64,000 nucleotides of DNA from an uncultured Actinomycetota bacterium (GTDB lineage Bacteria > Actinomycetota > Actinomycetes > CAVWCF01). A program made the translations under genes and the position numbers. The stretch spans positions 288,001 through 352,000 of the forward strand of contig CAVWCF010000001.1 in NCBI GenBank assembly GCA_963753435.1, in the 5' to 3' direction. This document shows, one piece after another, positions 27,813-40,526 of this stretch; positions within the stretch are counted from its first letter, which is position 1, and every line of letters starts with the position of its first letter. The notes under the pieces are model-generated. The model was not told the origin of the DNA. It did not search any database and saw nothing but the letters and a program-made list of their open reading frames with translations.

Positions 27813-29411
27813 TCAGGCCAGCGCGATGAGGTCGGCGTACTCGCCGCTGTAGAGGTCTTCAACCCCGTCCGGGAGGATCAGGACCCGCTCCGGTGCCAGC
27901 GCTTCAACGGCGCCCTCATCGTGGGTGACCAGCACTACTGCGCCGCGGTACTCCCCCAACGCGCGCAGGATCTCTTCGCGACTGGCTGGGTCCAGGTTGT
28001 TCGTGGGCTCGTCCAGCAGGAGCACATTCGCCGACGACACGACCAGCGCGGCCAATGCCAGCCGGGTCCGCTCGCCCCCGGACAACCATGACGCTGATTT
28101 GTGCACGTCGTCGCCGGTGAACAAGAAGGAACCAAGGACGGTCCGGGCTTCCTGCTCGGATAGGTGGGGCGCGGACGAGATCAAGTTCTCCAGAACGGTG
28201 CGACCGCGATCCAGCGTCTCGTGCTCCTGGGCGTAGTACCCCAACCGAAGTCCGTGGCCGGGGTGAACTTCGCCCGTGTCGGCCGGCTCCAAGCCCGTCA
28301 GCAGCCGCAGCAGCGTGGTCTTGCCTGCGCCATTAAGGCCCAGAATGACAATGCGGGCGCCTCGGTCGACAGCAAGGTCGACGTCGGTGAACACCTCTTC
28401 GCTGCCGTAGGACTTGGACAACCCTGTCGCCGTCAGCGGCAAGCGGCCGCAAGGTGCCGGCTCCGGCAGCCTGATGCGGGCAACGCGGTCGACCGGGCCG
28501 CCCGCCGAACTGCCGTCCAGTAGCCGTTCCGCACGTTTGGCCATGTTCTTGGCCGCGACCGCCTTGCTCGCCTTGGCCCGCATCCGGTCGGCCTGCTCCT
28601 TGAGAGCAACTGCGGTGCGTTCGGCGTTAGCACGCTCGCGACGACGCCGGCGTTCGTCGGTCTCCCGTTGCGTCAGGTACGCGTCCCAGCCCAACTGGTA
28701 GATGTCCAGCTGGGCGCGATTCGCGTCCAGGTACAGCACCCGGTTTACCACCGCTCGCAACAACTCGACGTCGTGGCTGATGACCACCAGGCCACCGCTG
28801 TAGGTGCGGAGGTATTCACGAAGCCAGGTCACTGAGTCCGCATCCAAATGGTTTGTCGGCTCATCCAGCAGCATGGTGCCGCCGCCGGCGAAGAGAATGC
28901 GCGCCAACTCGATCCGGCGGCGCTGACCACCCGACAACGTCCCCAGGTCCCGGTCCAAGACGCCGGCATCCAGACCCAATCCCGAGGCGATCGCTGCTGC
29001 CTCGGCCTCCGCGGAGTAGCCACCAGCGGCGAGGTACTCCGCTTCGGCGGCTGAGTACCGCCGCATGGCGCGATCGCGTTCCTGCGGAGCCGAGCTGGCC
29101 ATCTCGGCCTCGGCGCGCCGCATCCGGCGCAGTGCATCCGCCAGACCACGGGCCGAGAGGAGACGAGTGCGGACCGTCTGTTGTGGCTCGGCTGCCCCCG
29201 GATCCTGGGGCAAGTAGGCAACCTGCCCGGATCTGGTGACAGTGCCCGCGGCCGGTTCGAGTTCACCCGCGAGGATCCGGGTCAGCGTGGTCTTGCCGGC
29301 CCCGTTGCGGCCGACCAAACCCACCCGATCCCCGGGACCGATGCGAAAGGACGCCCCCTGCAGTAACAGTCGCGATCCGGCCCGGACCTCGAGTTCGGTT
29401 GCGATGATCAC
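27813..29411 (-). CDS. ABC-F family ATPase
   Basis: Two ABC domains (GRNGAGKT, GLNGAGKT; DEPTNHLD, DEPTNNLD), no TM segments. Confidence 0.92.
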   Translation of the reverse strand: MIIATELEVRAGSRLLLQGASFRIGPGDRVGLVGRNGAGKTTLTRILAGELEPAAGTVTRSGQVAYLPQDPGAAEPQQTVRTRLLSARGLADALRRMRRAEAEMASSAPQERDRAMRRYSAAEAEYLAAGGYSAEAEAAAIASGLGLDAGVLDRDLGTLSGGQRRRIELARILFAGGGTMLLDEPTNHLDADSVTWLREYLRTYSGGLVVISHDVELLRAVVNRVLYLDANRAQLDIYQLGWDAYLTQRETDERRRRRERANAERTAVALKEQADRMRAKASKAVAAKNMAKRAERLLDGSSAGGPVDRVARIRLPEPAPCGRLPLTATGLSKSYGSEEVFTDVDLAVDRGARIVILGLNGAGKTTLLRLLTGLEPADTGEVHPGHGLRLGYYAQEHETLDRGRTVLENLISSAPHLSEQEARTVLGSFLFTGDDVHKSASWLSGGERTRLALAALVVSSANVLLLDEPTNNLDPASREEILRALGEYRGAVVLVTHDEGAVEALAPERVLILPDGVEDLYSGEYADLIALA

Positions 29412-29716
29412 ACGTTGAAACCGAGGGCCCGCAGCTGTTCGCGACCGTCGTCGGTGATCTTGTCCGGGCCCCACGGCGGCATCCAGACCCAGTTGATGGT
29501 CACGTTGGGAACCAGCTTCTGCAGCGCCACCTCAGTTTGGTCCTCGATGACGTCGGTGAGCGGGCACGCGGCACTCGTAAGGGTCATGTCCAAGGTTGCG
29601 GTGTCCCCGTTGAGGTGCACGTCGTAAACCAAACCCAGGTCGACGACGTTGATCCCCAGTTCGGGGTCGACAACATCCTTCATCGCCTCGGTGATGTCGT
29701 CCGTGGTGACGCTCAT
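29408..29716 (-). CDS. sufT: DUF59 metal-sulfur cluster assembly factor
   Basis: DPELGINVVDLGL, TLTSAACP, PPW; ATGA overlap. Confidence 0.9.
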   Translation of the reverse strand: MSVTTDDITEAMKDVVDPELGINVVDLGLVYDVHLNGDTATLDMTLTSAACPLTDVIEDQTEVALQKLVPNVTINWVWMPPWGPDKITDDGREQLRALGFNV

Positions 29717-30158
29717 CCGTTCTGTCCCTCTCCCACGACAGCGCGCGCCGCCGCGTCCTTGAATGCCATCCAACCCAGTAATGCGCACTTGACCCGTGCC
29801 GGGTATTTCGCGACGCCGGTGAACGCCACCGCGTCCTCCAAGCGCTCCTCGTCGGGTGTGGCTGTCCCTTTCATCAACTGCAGGAACTGCTCGCCCGTCT
29901 CCAGGGCATCCGACAGCGTTCGGCCGACAACAAGGTCGGTCATCACCGATGTGCTGGCCTGGGAGATCGAGCAGCCTTGAGCCGAGTACGAAACGTCTGC
30001 GACCTTGTTGCCGTCCAGCTGCACGCGGAGGGTCACCTCGTCCCCACAGACGGGGTTCACATGGTGAACCTCGGCATCGAAGGGTTCCCGTAGCCCGGAC
30101 CGGTGCGGGTTTCGGTAGTGATCCAGGATGATTTCCTGGTACAGCGACTCCAGGTTCA

Positions 30159-30159
<1 letters not shown>
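29713..30159 (-). CDS. sufU: SUF sulfur-transfer/scaffold protein
   Basis: LYQEIILDH, NPVCGD, GCSISQAS, ARVKCA. Confidence 0.95.
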
Positions 30160-32184
<2,025 letters not shown>

Positions 32185-32188
<4 letters not shown>

Positions 32189-32511
32189 GGTGTCTTCTCC
32201 TTCAGTGCGACGAGCACCCGCTCGCCGTCGATTTCGATGTCGTGGACGGCTACCGGGACTGTGGCCGGTAGGCCCGTTGGTTGGCCGGTCCCCAGATTGA
32301 ACCGGGAGCCGTGCAGCCAGCATTCGATCGTGTCCCCCTCCACGTCACCCTCGGCTAGGGACACATCGGCGTGGGTGCAGGTGTCATCGATCGCGTGCAG
32401 TTGGCCGTCTCCGGTGCGCACCACGCACAGCGGGTGGCCGTCCACGATGACCTGGCGTGCCGCACCAACGACGAAGTCGCTGGCCACACCTATCTCGTGC
32501 TGCTGGCTCAT
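32185..32511 (-). CDS. Rieske-type ferredoxin in the suf operon
   Basis: CTH...CWLH. Confidence 0.9.
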
Positions 32512-33611
32512 TCGCCCACCTCGCTCAGCTCCGCGTCGATGGCGGAGTTGAGGCGCTCCCGCAGCTCCGGAACCGGGATGCGGGCGATCAGGTCGGCGAA
32601 GAAGCCCCGGACCACCATGCGCCGCGCCTCATCGGCCGGGATGCCCCGCGACTGCAGGTAGAACAACTGCTCATCGTCGAAACGACCGGTGGTGCTGGCA
32701 TGACCGGCGCCGGCGACTTCGCCGGTTTCGATCTCCAGGTTGGGGACTGAATCGGCCCGAGCGCCGTCGCTGAGCACCAGATTGCGGTTGATCTCGTAGG
32801 TGTCGGTCCCGACGGCGTCGGCTCGAATCAGCACGTCCCCGACCCAAACGGCGTGCGCCTCGGCGCCGCGGACGGCGCCCTTGAACTCGACCTTGCTGCG
32901 GCAGTGCGGTTGGGAGTGGTCGACGAATAGGCGGTGCTCAAGGTGCTGTCCGGCGTCGGCGAAGTACAGACCCCAGAGTTCGACGTCTGATCCCGGCGCG
33001 GCGTAGTCAACCGTGTGCAGGAGGCGCACCACACGCCCGCCCAGGGTGACCGTGTAGGTACGGGCGGTTGCGTCGCGCCCCACCCGAACGCCCAACTGCC
33101 CCGCATGGACCGTCTCCGCCGCCCACGACTGCAGCAGCACCAGGTTCAGGTGGGCACCGTCTGCGACGTCAACCCACAGGTGCTCGCCCACCTGCGCAGA
33201 GCCGTTGTGCTCGACAACCACAGTCGCTTCGACACCCTTGGCCACGTCGATGCCCAAATGGGACCAAGCCAGGTCCGGTCCGGAACCGGTAAGGGTCAAG
33301 AACACCGGCTCGGCCGGGCTACTGGTGATGGTCAGCAGCGCCGGCTGCTCCGCGTGCGCAACGGCCAGGGCGGCGATCCGGTCGGCCGGCACGACCGCGC
33401 GGCCGCGTGCCGTCGCTGCGTCCAAGACCTGTAGCTCGGCACCGTCGGGCAGCGCCGCCTCAGTGTGGAGGCGGCCGGCAGCCGGCGCGTCCTCCAGCAG
33501 CGGTTTGAGCGCGTTCAGAGGCGAAAAGCGCCAGGCCTCCTCGCGGCCCTGCGGCATCGCGAAGTCTTCGACATCCAGTGAGCGGTGGTGTACCGCATGG
33601 CTCTCGGTCAT
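32508..33611 (-). CDS. sufD: Fe-S assembly protein
   Basis: EAWRF, ADSVPNLEI, GHAS, LFYLQSRGI. Confidence 0.92.
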   Translation of the reverse strand: MTESHAVHHRSLDVEDFAMPQGREEAWRFSPLNALKPLLEDAPAAGRLHTEAALPDGAELQVLDAATARGRAVVPADRIAALAVAHAEQPALLTITSSPAEPVFLTLTGSGPDLAWSHLGIDVAKGVEATVVVEHNGSAQVGEHLWVDVADGAHLNLVLLQSWAAETVHAGQLGVRVGRDATARTYTVTLGGRVVRLLHTVDYAAPGSDVELWGLYFADAGQHLEHRLFVDHSQPHCRSKVEFKGAVRGAEAHAVWVGDVLIRADAVGTDTYEINRNLVLSDGARADSVPNLEIETGEVAGAGHASTTGRFDDEQLFYLQSRGIPADEARRMVVRGFFADLIARIPVPELRERLNSAIDAELSEVGE

Positions 33612-33614
33612 GGG

Positions 33615-35024
33615 TTAGCCCACGGCCCCTTCCATCTGCAGCTCGATGAGGCGGTTCAACTCCAGGGCGTACTCCATTGGCAGCTCCCGAGCGATCGGTT
33701 CGATGAAACCGCGCACGATCATTGCCATGGCCTCGTCCTCGGCGATGCCTCGACTCATCAGGTAGAAGAGCTGGTCTTCGCTGACCTTCGAAACAGTCGC
33801 CTCGTGCCCCATGGACACGTCGTCCTCGCGGATGTCCACGTACGGGTACGTGTCCGACCGGCTGATGTCGTCGACAAGCAAGGCGTCGCAGCGGACCGTC
33901 GCCTTGCTCCCGTGGGCACCTTCCTGCACCTGGACCAGACCGCGATACGAGGTGCGGCCGCCGCCGCGCGCAACCGACTTGCTGACCACCGAGGAAGACG
34001 TGTTCGGTGCAGCGTGGACCATCTTGGAGCCAGCATCCTGGTGCTGGCCCTCTCCGGCGAAAGCGATTGACAGGGTTTCGCCCTTGGCGTGCTCCCCCAT
34101 CAGCCACACAGCCGGGTACTTCATCGTGATCTTTGACCCGATGTTGCCGTCGATCCACTCCATCGTGGCCCCGGTCTGGGCCACCGCACGCTTGGTCACC
34201 AGGTTGTAGACGTTGTTGGACCAGTTCTGGATGGTCGTGTACCGCACTCGGGCATTGCGCTTGACGATGATCTCGACGACGGCACTGTGCAGGGAGTCGC
34301 TGGAGTAGATCGGTGCTGTGCAGCCTTCGACGTAGTGAACGTATGAGCCTTCGTCGGCGATGATCAGCGTGCGCTCGAACTGACCCATGTTCTCGGTGTT
34401 GATCCGGAAGTACGCCTGCAGCGGGATCTCCACGTGAACGCCCTTTGGCACGTAGATGAACGAACCGCCCGACCACACGGCGGTGTTCAACGCGGAGAAC
34501 TTGTTGTCACCAACCGGAATCACCGAAGTGAAGTACTCCCGGAACAGGTCCTCGTGCTCGCGCAGACCGGTATCGGTGTCCAGGAAGATGACACCTTGCG
34601 CTTCGAGGTCGTCGCGGATCTTGTGGTAGACGACCTCCGACTCGTACTGCGCGGCAACCCCGGCCACGAGCCGCTGCTTCTCAGCTTCCGGGATGCCGAG
34701 ACGGTCGTAGGTGTTCTTGATGTCCTCGGGCAGGTCTTCCCAGGAGGCCGCCTGCTTCTCAGTTGAGCGGACGAAGTACTTGATGTTGTCGAAGTCGATG
34801 GTGCCCAAGTCCCCACCCCAGTTGGGCATCGGCTTCTTCTCGAACAAGCGCAGACCCTTGAGCCTCAGGTCGAGCATCCACTCCGGCTCGTTCTTCTTGG
34901 CGGAGATGTCCCGCACGACGGCTTCGGACAAGCCCCTCGTCGCCACCGCCCCGGCGGAGTCGGGGTCGTGCCAGCCGTACTCATAGGTGCCCAGGCCGGC
35001 AAGGGTTTCGGACTGACTGGTCAT
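33615..35024 (-). CDS. sufB: Fe-S assembly protein
   Basis: [33 protein letters not shown]; no intein. Confidence 0.97.
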   Translation of the reverse strand: MTSQSETLAGLGTYEYGWHDPDSAGAVATRGLSEAVVRDISAKKNEPEWMLDLRLKGLRLFEKKPMPNWGGDLGTIDFDNIKYFVRSTEKQAASWEDLPEDIKNTYDRLGIPEAEKQRLVAGVAAQYESEVVYHKIRDDLEAQGVIFLDTDTGLREHEDLFREYFTSVIPVGDNKFSALNTAVWSGGSFIYVPKGVHVEIPLQAYFRINTENMGQFERTLIIADEGSYVHYVEGCTAPIYSSDSLHSAVVEIIVKRNARVRYTTIQNWSNNVYNLVTKRAVAQTGATMEWIDGNIGSKITMKYPAVWLMGEHAKGETLSIAFAGEGQHQDAGSKMVHAAPNTSSSVVSKSVARGGGRTSYRGLVQVQEGAHGSKATVRCDALLVDDISRSDTYPYVDIREDDVSMGHEATVSKVSEDQLFYLMSRGIAEDEAMAMIVRGFIEPIARELPMEYALELNRLIELQMEGAVG

Positions 35025-35683
35025 GAGGCGGTCCTCCGATTGACGGTTGCAGCAGGTACGTGAGTGGTGCACAGATGGTCGCCGTGCGCGATGGTGGCCA
35101 AGCGCTGCACGTGCGTTCCGAGCAAATCGGCGAAGGCGTCGGTCTCCGCTTCACACAATTGCGGGAACTCCGCCGCAACATGGGCGACCGGGCAGTGGTG
35201 CTGACAAAGCTGAACCCCGTGACCCCCGGTGTCGGCGCTGGCCGCGTAACCGTCTTCGGACAGGGCCTTGGCCAACTCTTGGGCCCGCTGCGGCAAATCC
35301 GCCGCCGTCACGCTGGCGGCGTACCGCTCAGCCAGGTCGGCGGCTCGATCGCGTGCGAACTCGGCTACTCCCTCTTGCCCCGCAACCCGGTGCAAGGCCC
35401 TTAGCGCGGCGGCGGCCAAGTCGTCATAAGCGTCGGGGAATAGGCCACGGCCGGCGTCGGTGAGCGCGAAGTAGCGGGCCGGGCGACCGCGCCCGCGTTT
35501 GCCTATCGGTCCGTACGGCGGTCGCTCCCGGTCCTCAACCAGACCGTCGGCGGCCAGCCCGTCCAGGTGTCGACGCACGGCGGGGGCGGTCAGCCCCAGT
35601 CGGTCCGCGAGCGTTGCCGCGGTTGCCGGTCCCTCACGCAGGAGCGAGTCGAGGACGCGCTCACGGGTGCCGGGCAATTCCAT
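35021..35683 (-). CDS. sufR: Fe-S-sensing transcriptional repressor
   Basis: N-terminal HTH, RGRGRP, QHHCP, QLCEAE, CTT; first gene of the suf operon. Confidence 0.9.
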   Translation of the reverse strand: MELPGTRERVLDSLLREGPATAATLADRLGLTAPAVRRHLDGLAADGLVEDRERPPYGPIGKRGRGRPARYFALTDAGRGLFPDAYDDLAAAALRALHRVAGQEGVAEFARDRAADLAERYAASVTAADLPQRAQELAKALSEDGYAASADTGGHGVQLCQHHCPVAHVAAEFPQLCEAETDAFADLLGTHVQRLATIAHGDHLCTTHVPAATVNRRTAS

Positions 35684-35696
35684 AACGCCGATGTTA
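35683..35696 (-). promoter_or_regulatory. Putative SufR operator overlapping the -10 of a leaderless sufR promoter
   Basis: Inverted repeat TAAC-N6-GTTA, similar to the CAAC-N6-GTTG site reported for Streptomyces SufR; contains -10 TAACAT 7 nt before ATG. Confidence 0.6.
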
Positions 35697-35778
35697 CCTA
35701 ATTCCCGAGGTCGTGCGCACCCGCGGCTGCCACCGGCGCGATCCCGGCCGTTCCCGATTGCCTACCTAGACTCCGGCC

Positions 35779-36687
35779 ATGTCTGAGGCCGTACGTGTCG
35801 AGGCGGTCCGCCACGCGTACGGACCCGTACAAGCCCTCGACGGGCTGACCTTCGCCGCGGTTGGCGGGCGCATCACCGGGCTGCTGGGCCGAAACGGCGC
35901 GGGCAAGACCACGACCCTGGAACTGTGCGAGGGCCTGCGCCCCCTCCAGTCCGGGGTGGTCGAGGTCCTTGGGCGTTCGCCCTGGCGGGCCGGGGCCGAC
36001 CACCGGTCCCGGGTGGGGGTTCTGCTGCAAGAAGGCGGCATCCCGCCGGACGCCCGAGTTGGCTCGATGCTGCGCCATGCCGGGCGCCTGTTCGCCCGGG
36101 CAGCGGACCCGGCGGAACTGGCCGAGGAACTTGGCATCGCCAATCTCCTCGGTCGAAGCTTCCGCTCGCTTTCGGGCGGACAGCGCCGCAGCGCGGCCAT
36201 CGCCTGTGCCCTGGTTGGACGGCCCGAGGTGCTGCTCCTGGACGAACCTACGACCGGGTTGGACCCCGCCAGCCGCCGGCTCGTTTGGGATGCCATCCGT
36301 CGGCGAGCTGCCGAAGGAGCAGCCGTCATCTGGTCGACACACGCCATGGACGAGGCGCAGCAGGTAGCGGACCTGGTTGTCATCATCGACCGCGGCCGGG
36401 TTCTGGCGCAGGGGGAACCGAGTGACCTGATGGCGGATGCGCCGGTGCGCGAATTCAACGGACCGGCGAATCTGGATCTGCAGGCGCTACGGCGCGACAC
36501 GTCCGTCGCATTGGACATCACTGAGGTGAGCCCCGGCCGGTACGTCCTCAGCGGCGACATCGGGCCGCGTGCAGTCGCAGCGGTGACCTCCTGGTGCGCA
36601 GATCAGGGCTTCGTCCCCGAGGGGCTGACCACCACCAGCCGCACGCTTGAGGACGTCTTCCTTGACCTGACGGGCGGTGCCCAATGA
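35779..36687 (+). CDS. ABC-2 transporter ATP-binding subunit
   Basis: GRNGAGKTT, LSGGQ, DEPTTGLD; divergent from sufR as in mycobacteria. Confidence 0.9.
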   Translation: MSEAVRVEAVRHAYGPVQALDGLTFAAVGGRITGLLGRNGAGKTTTLELCEGLRPLQSGVVEVLGRSPWRAGADHRSRVGVLLQEGGIPPDARVGSMLRHAGRLFARAADPAELAEELGIANLLGRSFRSLSGGQRRSAAIACALVGRPEVLLLDEPTTGLDPASRRLVWDAIRRRAAEGAAVIWSTHAMDEAQQVADLVVIIDRGRVLAQGEPSDLMADAPVREFNGPANLDLQALRRDTSVALDITEVSPGRYVLSGDIGPRAVAAVTSWCADQGFVPEGLTTTSRTLEDVFLDLTGGAQ

Positions 36688-37412
36688 CCCGGCCCGCGGC
36701 TGCGCCGGTGCGAATCGCCTCGCACACGGCTTTTGAGGTACGGACCATCCTGAGCAACGGTGAGCAACTGCTCCTGACGGTGCTCCTGCCCGTCGGCGCC
36801 CTCGTCGGTTTGCGCTGGTTGCCCCTGCGCGAGGACGCCAGCGACGCGGACCTGATCGCAGCCGTGCTGGCCCTGGCGGTCATGTCCAGCGCCTTCACGA
36901 GCCTCGCCATTGCCACTGGATTCGAGCGGCGCTACGACGTGCTGCGCTGGTTCGCCGCCTCCCCCCTGGGCCGCACTGGCCTGCTGGCGGCGAAGGCGAC
37001 CGCGGCTGGCGTTGTGATCCTGGGTCAGGTCGTCCTGATCCTGCTGACCGCGGCCGCGCTGGGAATGCGGGTAGACGGGCAGTGGGTGGCCGTTGCCGTG
37101 CTGCTGCTCATGGGAGCCGCAGCGTTTGGCGGCCTCGGATTGCTGCTGGGCGGCACTGCCCGGGCGGCCGCAACCTTGGCGCTGGCGAATCTCCTGTGGC
37201 TGGTTCTGGCCCTGTTGGGTGGGGTGCTGATCCCCCTTGAGTCCTTGCCGGCGGGGCTGGCGGACTTCGTGCGCTGGTTGCCCTCGGCTGCGCTGGCCGA
37301 AGGGCTCAGGTCCGCCTTAGCCGGCGGCTGGGCCCTGGTGCAGTTGGCGGTGCTGGCCGGGTGGACGCTGGTCGGTGCCGCGGGCGCGGGCCGCTGGTTC
37401 CGGTGGACGTAG
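36684..37412 (+). CDS. ABC-2 transporter permease
   Basis: NGEQLLL, AIATGFERRY, FRWT C-terminus. Confidence 0.9.
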   Translation: MTRPAAAPVRIASHTAFEVRTILSNGEQLLLTVLLPVGALVGLRWLPLREDASDADLIAAVLALAVMSSAFTSLAIATGFERRYDVLRWFAASPLGRTGLLAAKATAAGVVILGQVVLILLTAAALGMRVDGQWVAVAVLLLMGAAAFGGLGLLLGGTARAAATLALANLLWLVLALLGGVLIPLESLPAGLADFVRWLPSAALAEGLRSALAGGWALVQLAVLAGWTLVGAAGAGRWFRWT

Positions 37413-37486
37413 GCGAGCGGGAACCGGCCTGAGCCCCGTCTCGTCAGCATTCCTGAAGCAACCAACCAAGATTGTTCAGAAGTTGT

Positions 37487-37514
37487 GCATCCAACCCTGG
37501 GGCGGGGCCGGAAT
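37487..37514 (+). promoter_or_regulatory. Putative SigK-type promoter for the DUF4397-sortase-sigma module
   Basis: GCATCC-N16-CGGAAT about 35 nt before ATG 37550, in a locally AT-richer spacer. Confidence 0.45.
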
Positions 37515-37549
37515 AGGTGTCTGTAAGCCATTCCACCTGAGGAGGAACC

Positions 37550-38389
37550 ATGCGCAAGTCGATCGCCGTTGGTTCGGCGGCTCTATTGGCCGCGGGGGGC
37601 CTGCTGGCGGCGACGCCTGCGAACGCCGCCGACGCCACAGTTTCGGTCCTGCACGGCATTCCGGCGGACGCTCTCGGCGGGGCCGCGGCCACCGTCGACG
37701 TGTACGCGAACGGGAACAAGGTCATTGACGACTTCACCCCGGGCAAGCTGGAGACCCTGACAGTTCCTGGCGGCTCCTACGACCTCGTTGTCGCCGCGGG
37801 CGACTCGACCGACGCTTCCACCCCGATCCTGGAGGCCACCGGCGTCGAGGTTCCTGCCGGCGCCAACGCCACCGTCACGGCGAACCTGAACGCCGCCGGA
37901 GATGCGGGTGCGCTGAGCGTGTTCGTGAACGACACCGCCACAATCGCCGCTGGTGAAGGCCGCGTCACGGTCCGTCACATCGCCGCAGCGCCGGAGGTCA
38001 CCATCTCCGCCGACGGCAACGCTCTCGGCAACATCACCAACGCCTCGGGCAGCCAGGAACTCAAGGCTGACGTTCCGGCGAAGACCTACGCGGTCGCCGT
38101 GGCGCCCGCCTCCGGTGGCGACGCCGTCTTCTCGACTGACCTGCCGGTGACCGAGGGCACGAACACCATCGTCTACGCCTGGGGCAGCCTCGCGGACGGC
38201 ACGTTCGCCGTAGCCACCCAGGCGATCGACGGCCTGGGCTCGGCACCGACCGGCGTCCCGGCCGGCGAACTGGGCCTGGCAGCTGACGGCTCCGCCTTCG
38301 CGCCGAACTGGGTGCTGGTGGTCATGCTTACGGCTGGCATCGGTCTGCTCCTGTCGACGCAGCGGCTGTTGGCCCGCGACGAGAGCTGA
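37550..38389 (+). CDS. DUF4397-domain secreted protein with C-terminal sorting signal
   Basis: GAGGAGG RBS; signal peptide (ANA); VSVLHGIP...VDVYANG and VTVRHIAAAP repeats; APTGVPAG + TM + short tail. Confidence 0.85.
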   Translation: MRKSIAVGSAALLAAGGLLAATPANAADATVSVLHGIPADALGGAAATVDVYANGNKVIDDFTPGKLETLTVPGGSYDLVVAAGDSTDASTPILEATGVEVPAGANATVTANLNAAGDAGALSVFVNDTATIAAGEGRVTVRHIAAAPEVTISADGNALGNITNASGSQELKADVPAKTYAVAVAPASGGDAVFSTDLPVTEGTNTIVYAWGSLADGTFAVATQAIDGLGSAPTGVPAGELGLAADGSAFAPNWVLVVMLTAGIGLLLSTQRLLARDES

Positions 38390-38436
38390 ACCGGGCAGAG
38401 TTGAACTACAACTAGACCGTAACTCCGATCGAGGAC

Positions 38437-39144
38437 ATGAGGACGAGAGCCGTGATGACACTCAAGCGATGGTTGCCCGTGGCGGGCATCGCGGGGAGTG
38501 CCGCGGCTCTCGTCCTCGTCCCGATCGTCTCCGGCACGACGAGCGCCCAGCCGGTCGACCAGATCCAGCAGCCCGCGTCCGCACCCAGCAGCACCGCCCC
38601 GGACCCGGACCTCACCGGTCCGGGTGCAGTCACCCCCAGTGCGCCCGCCCAGCCCGCGCCGATCCCAACGGTGGCCGCTGATGCCGCCGCCGAACGGTTC
38701 CTGCCCGTCCAGCTGGAGGTTCCGCGGCTGGCCGTTTCGGCGCCGATCGACCCGACCGGGGTGGCTGCGGACGGGCAGGCTGAAGTTCCGGAAAACGCCG
38801 CCCGAGTCGGTTGGTATCGATTCGGACCGGCTCCCGGTGAGGACGGGGCCACAGTCATCGTGGGGCACGTCGATTCCCGCAAGTACGGCAAGGGCGCGTT
38901 GTTCCCGTTGCGTGAGGCCCAGGTTGGCGATGAGGTACGGATGGCCGTCGCGAGCGGTTCGGAAATGACCTATGAGGTGGTGGACGTGACCCGCTACGAC
39001 AAGGTCACGCTTCCGGCCGAGGAGTTGTTCAAACGGACCGGGGACTCCGTCCTGCACATCATTACGTGCGGTGGCCCCTACGTGCCCAGCCTTGGCGGGT
39101 ACCAGCAGAACCTCGTGGTCACCGCCGTGCCGGTGGTGGCGTGA
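38437..39144 (+). CDS. Class F sortase
   Basis: N-terminal TM + Pro-rich linker; VGWY, GHVDS, ITCGG, NLVV. Confidence 0.9.
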   Translation: MRTRAVMTLKRWLPVAGIAGSAAALVLVPIVSGTTSAQPVDQIQQPASAPSSTAPDPDLTGPGAVTPSAPAQPAPIPTVAADAAAERFLPVQLEVPRLAVSAPIDPTGVAADGQAEVPENAARVGWYRFGPAPGEDGATVIVGHVDSRKYGKGALFPLREAQVGDEVRMAVASGSEMTYEVVDVTRYDKVTLPAEELFKRTGDSVLHIITCGGPYVPSLGGYQQNLVVTAVPVVA

Positions 39145-39758
39145 TGAATCAGACCGTTCTGGGCGCGCGGACAGCTGCCTCGGGCGTTACCGTTTCCAGG
39201 GTGCGAACCGAGATTGACCGGGACCTCGAGGCGCGATTCGTCGAAGGCGACGAGCGTGCCCTGGAAGAGGCGTACAAGCGTTGGGCCGGGCTCGTCTACA
39301 CGGTCGCGCTGCGCTCCCTCGGGGACCGCCTCGACGCCGAGGACGTGACCCAGCAGGTCTTCGTCGGCGCCTGGCAGGGCCGGCACCGGTTCAACGCGAC
39401 CTCGGGCACGTTGGGTTCGTGGCTGGTCGGCATCACCCGCAACAAGGTCGCCGATCGGTGGTCGGTTCGAGAGCGGGAACGCAAGGCCACCGACGCCGCC
39501 GCCGGAATGGTGGAGGACCCGCTCCGCCGGCCGGAGCCAGGCCCGGAGGCAGTGGCCGACCGCGTCCTGCTGGCCGATGAACTCGCACAGCTTGGTGACC
39601 CACAGCGACGCATCATGGAACTGGCCTTCTTCCATGACTTGACCCATACGCAGATAGCGAGCCTGCTCGGCATGCCCTTGGGCACGGTGAAGAGCCACAT
39701 CCGCCGCAGCCTCGACCGACTACGACGCAGACTGGAGGTGGATGGTGTCCCCGCATGA
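39144..39758 (+). CDS. ECF sigma factor, SigK-like
   Basis: [10 protein letters not shown] (region 2), [13 protein letters not shown]...[11 protein letters not shown] (region 4). Confidence 0.9.
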   Translation: MNQTVLGARTAASGVTVSRVRTEIDRDLEARFVEGDERALEEAYKRWAGLVYTVALRSLGDRLDAEDVTQQVFVGAWQGRHRFNATSGTLGSWLVGITRNKVADRWSVRERERKATDAAAGMVEDPLRRPEPGPEAVADRVLLADELAQLGDPQRRIMELAFFHDLTHTQIASLLGMPLGTVKSHIRRSLDRLRRRLEVDGVPA

Positions 39759-40506
39759 CCAGCATCCTGATGCCGGCGACCTTGCGCTGCGGGCTCTGGG
39801 CGAGTCGCTGACCGCTCAGGACACTCAGCACCTCGCCCATTGCGTCAGCTGTCAGTCCGAACTGGACGAGATCACCGCCATCGTCATGGCCGCTCGCGCC
39901 GTGACCCCGGCCGACCTGCCCGCCGCTCCCCCGGGCCGGGTTTGGGAGGCCATCGCTTCGGAGGCACTGGGTCGACCGGCACCCACCCCGGCAACAACTG
40001 CCCCGGCAGGTGCAGCCGGGCCGGCAAGGCCGTCCCGGCGTGCCCAAAGCCGCCAGGGGCGCTGGTGGAACCGCGTTGAGTGGCCAGGAATGCTGGTCGG
40101 CGCCACCGCCGCGGTGGCCGTATTCGCCGTCGGTGGCGTGGTTGCCACCAACACCATCGGTGGTGATTCCACCGAAGTCATCTCCGCTACCGAACTCGCG
40201 CCCCTGCCGGCCCAGAGCGCGTCCGGTACCGCTTCAGTGGTGTACGTGGACGGCAATCGCGAGCTTGCGCTGGATGTCGCGGACATGCCGCAGACCGATA
40301 GCGCCTACTTCGAGGTGTGGTTGCTGGCCGAGGATGTCTCGAGGATGGTTTCGCTGGGGACGATGGACAGCCCGAGCACCACGCTGCCGATCCCAGCCGG
40401 AGTCGACCTTGCTGACTACCCGGTCGTGGATGTGTCCATCGAGCCCTTCGACGGTGACCCAACCCACTCCAGTGACAGCCTGGTCCGCGGAACGCTGAGT
40501 GTCTGA
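39742..40506 (+). CDS. Anti-sigma factor, RskA-like
   Basis: ZAS motif [10 protein letters not shown] helix, extracellular YFEVWL...VDVSIEP...HS domain. Confidence 0.88.
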   Translation: MVSPHDQHPDAGDLALRALGESLTAQDTQHLAHCVSCQSELDEITAIVMAARAVTPADLPAAPPGRVWEAIASEALGRPAPTPATTAPAGAAGPARPSRRAQSRQGRWWNRVEWPGMLVGATAAVAVFAVGGVVATNTIGGDSTEVISATELAPLPAQSASGTASVVYVDGNRELALDVADMPQTDSAYFEVWLLAEDVSRMVSLGTMDSPSTTLPIPAGVDLADYPVVDVSIEPFDGDPTHSSDSLVRGTLSV

Positions 40507-40526
40507 CAGCGCCTAACATTCGCCCC

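Noticed and set aside
33615-35024. Intein in sufB
   Set aside because: Normal length (469 aa) with contiguous motifs.
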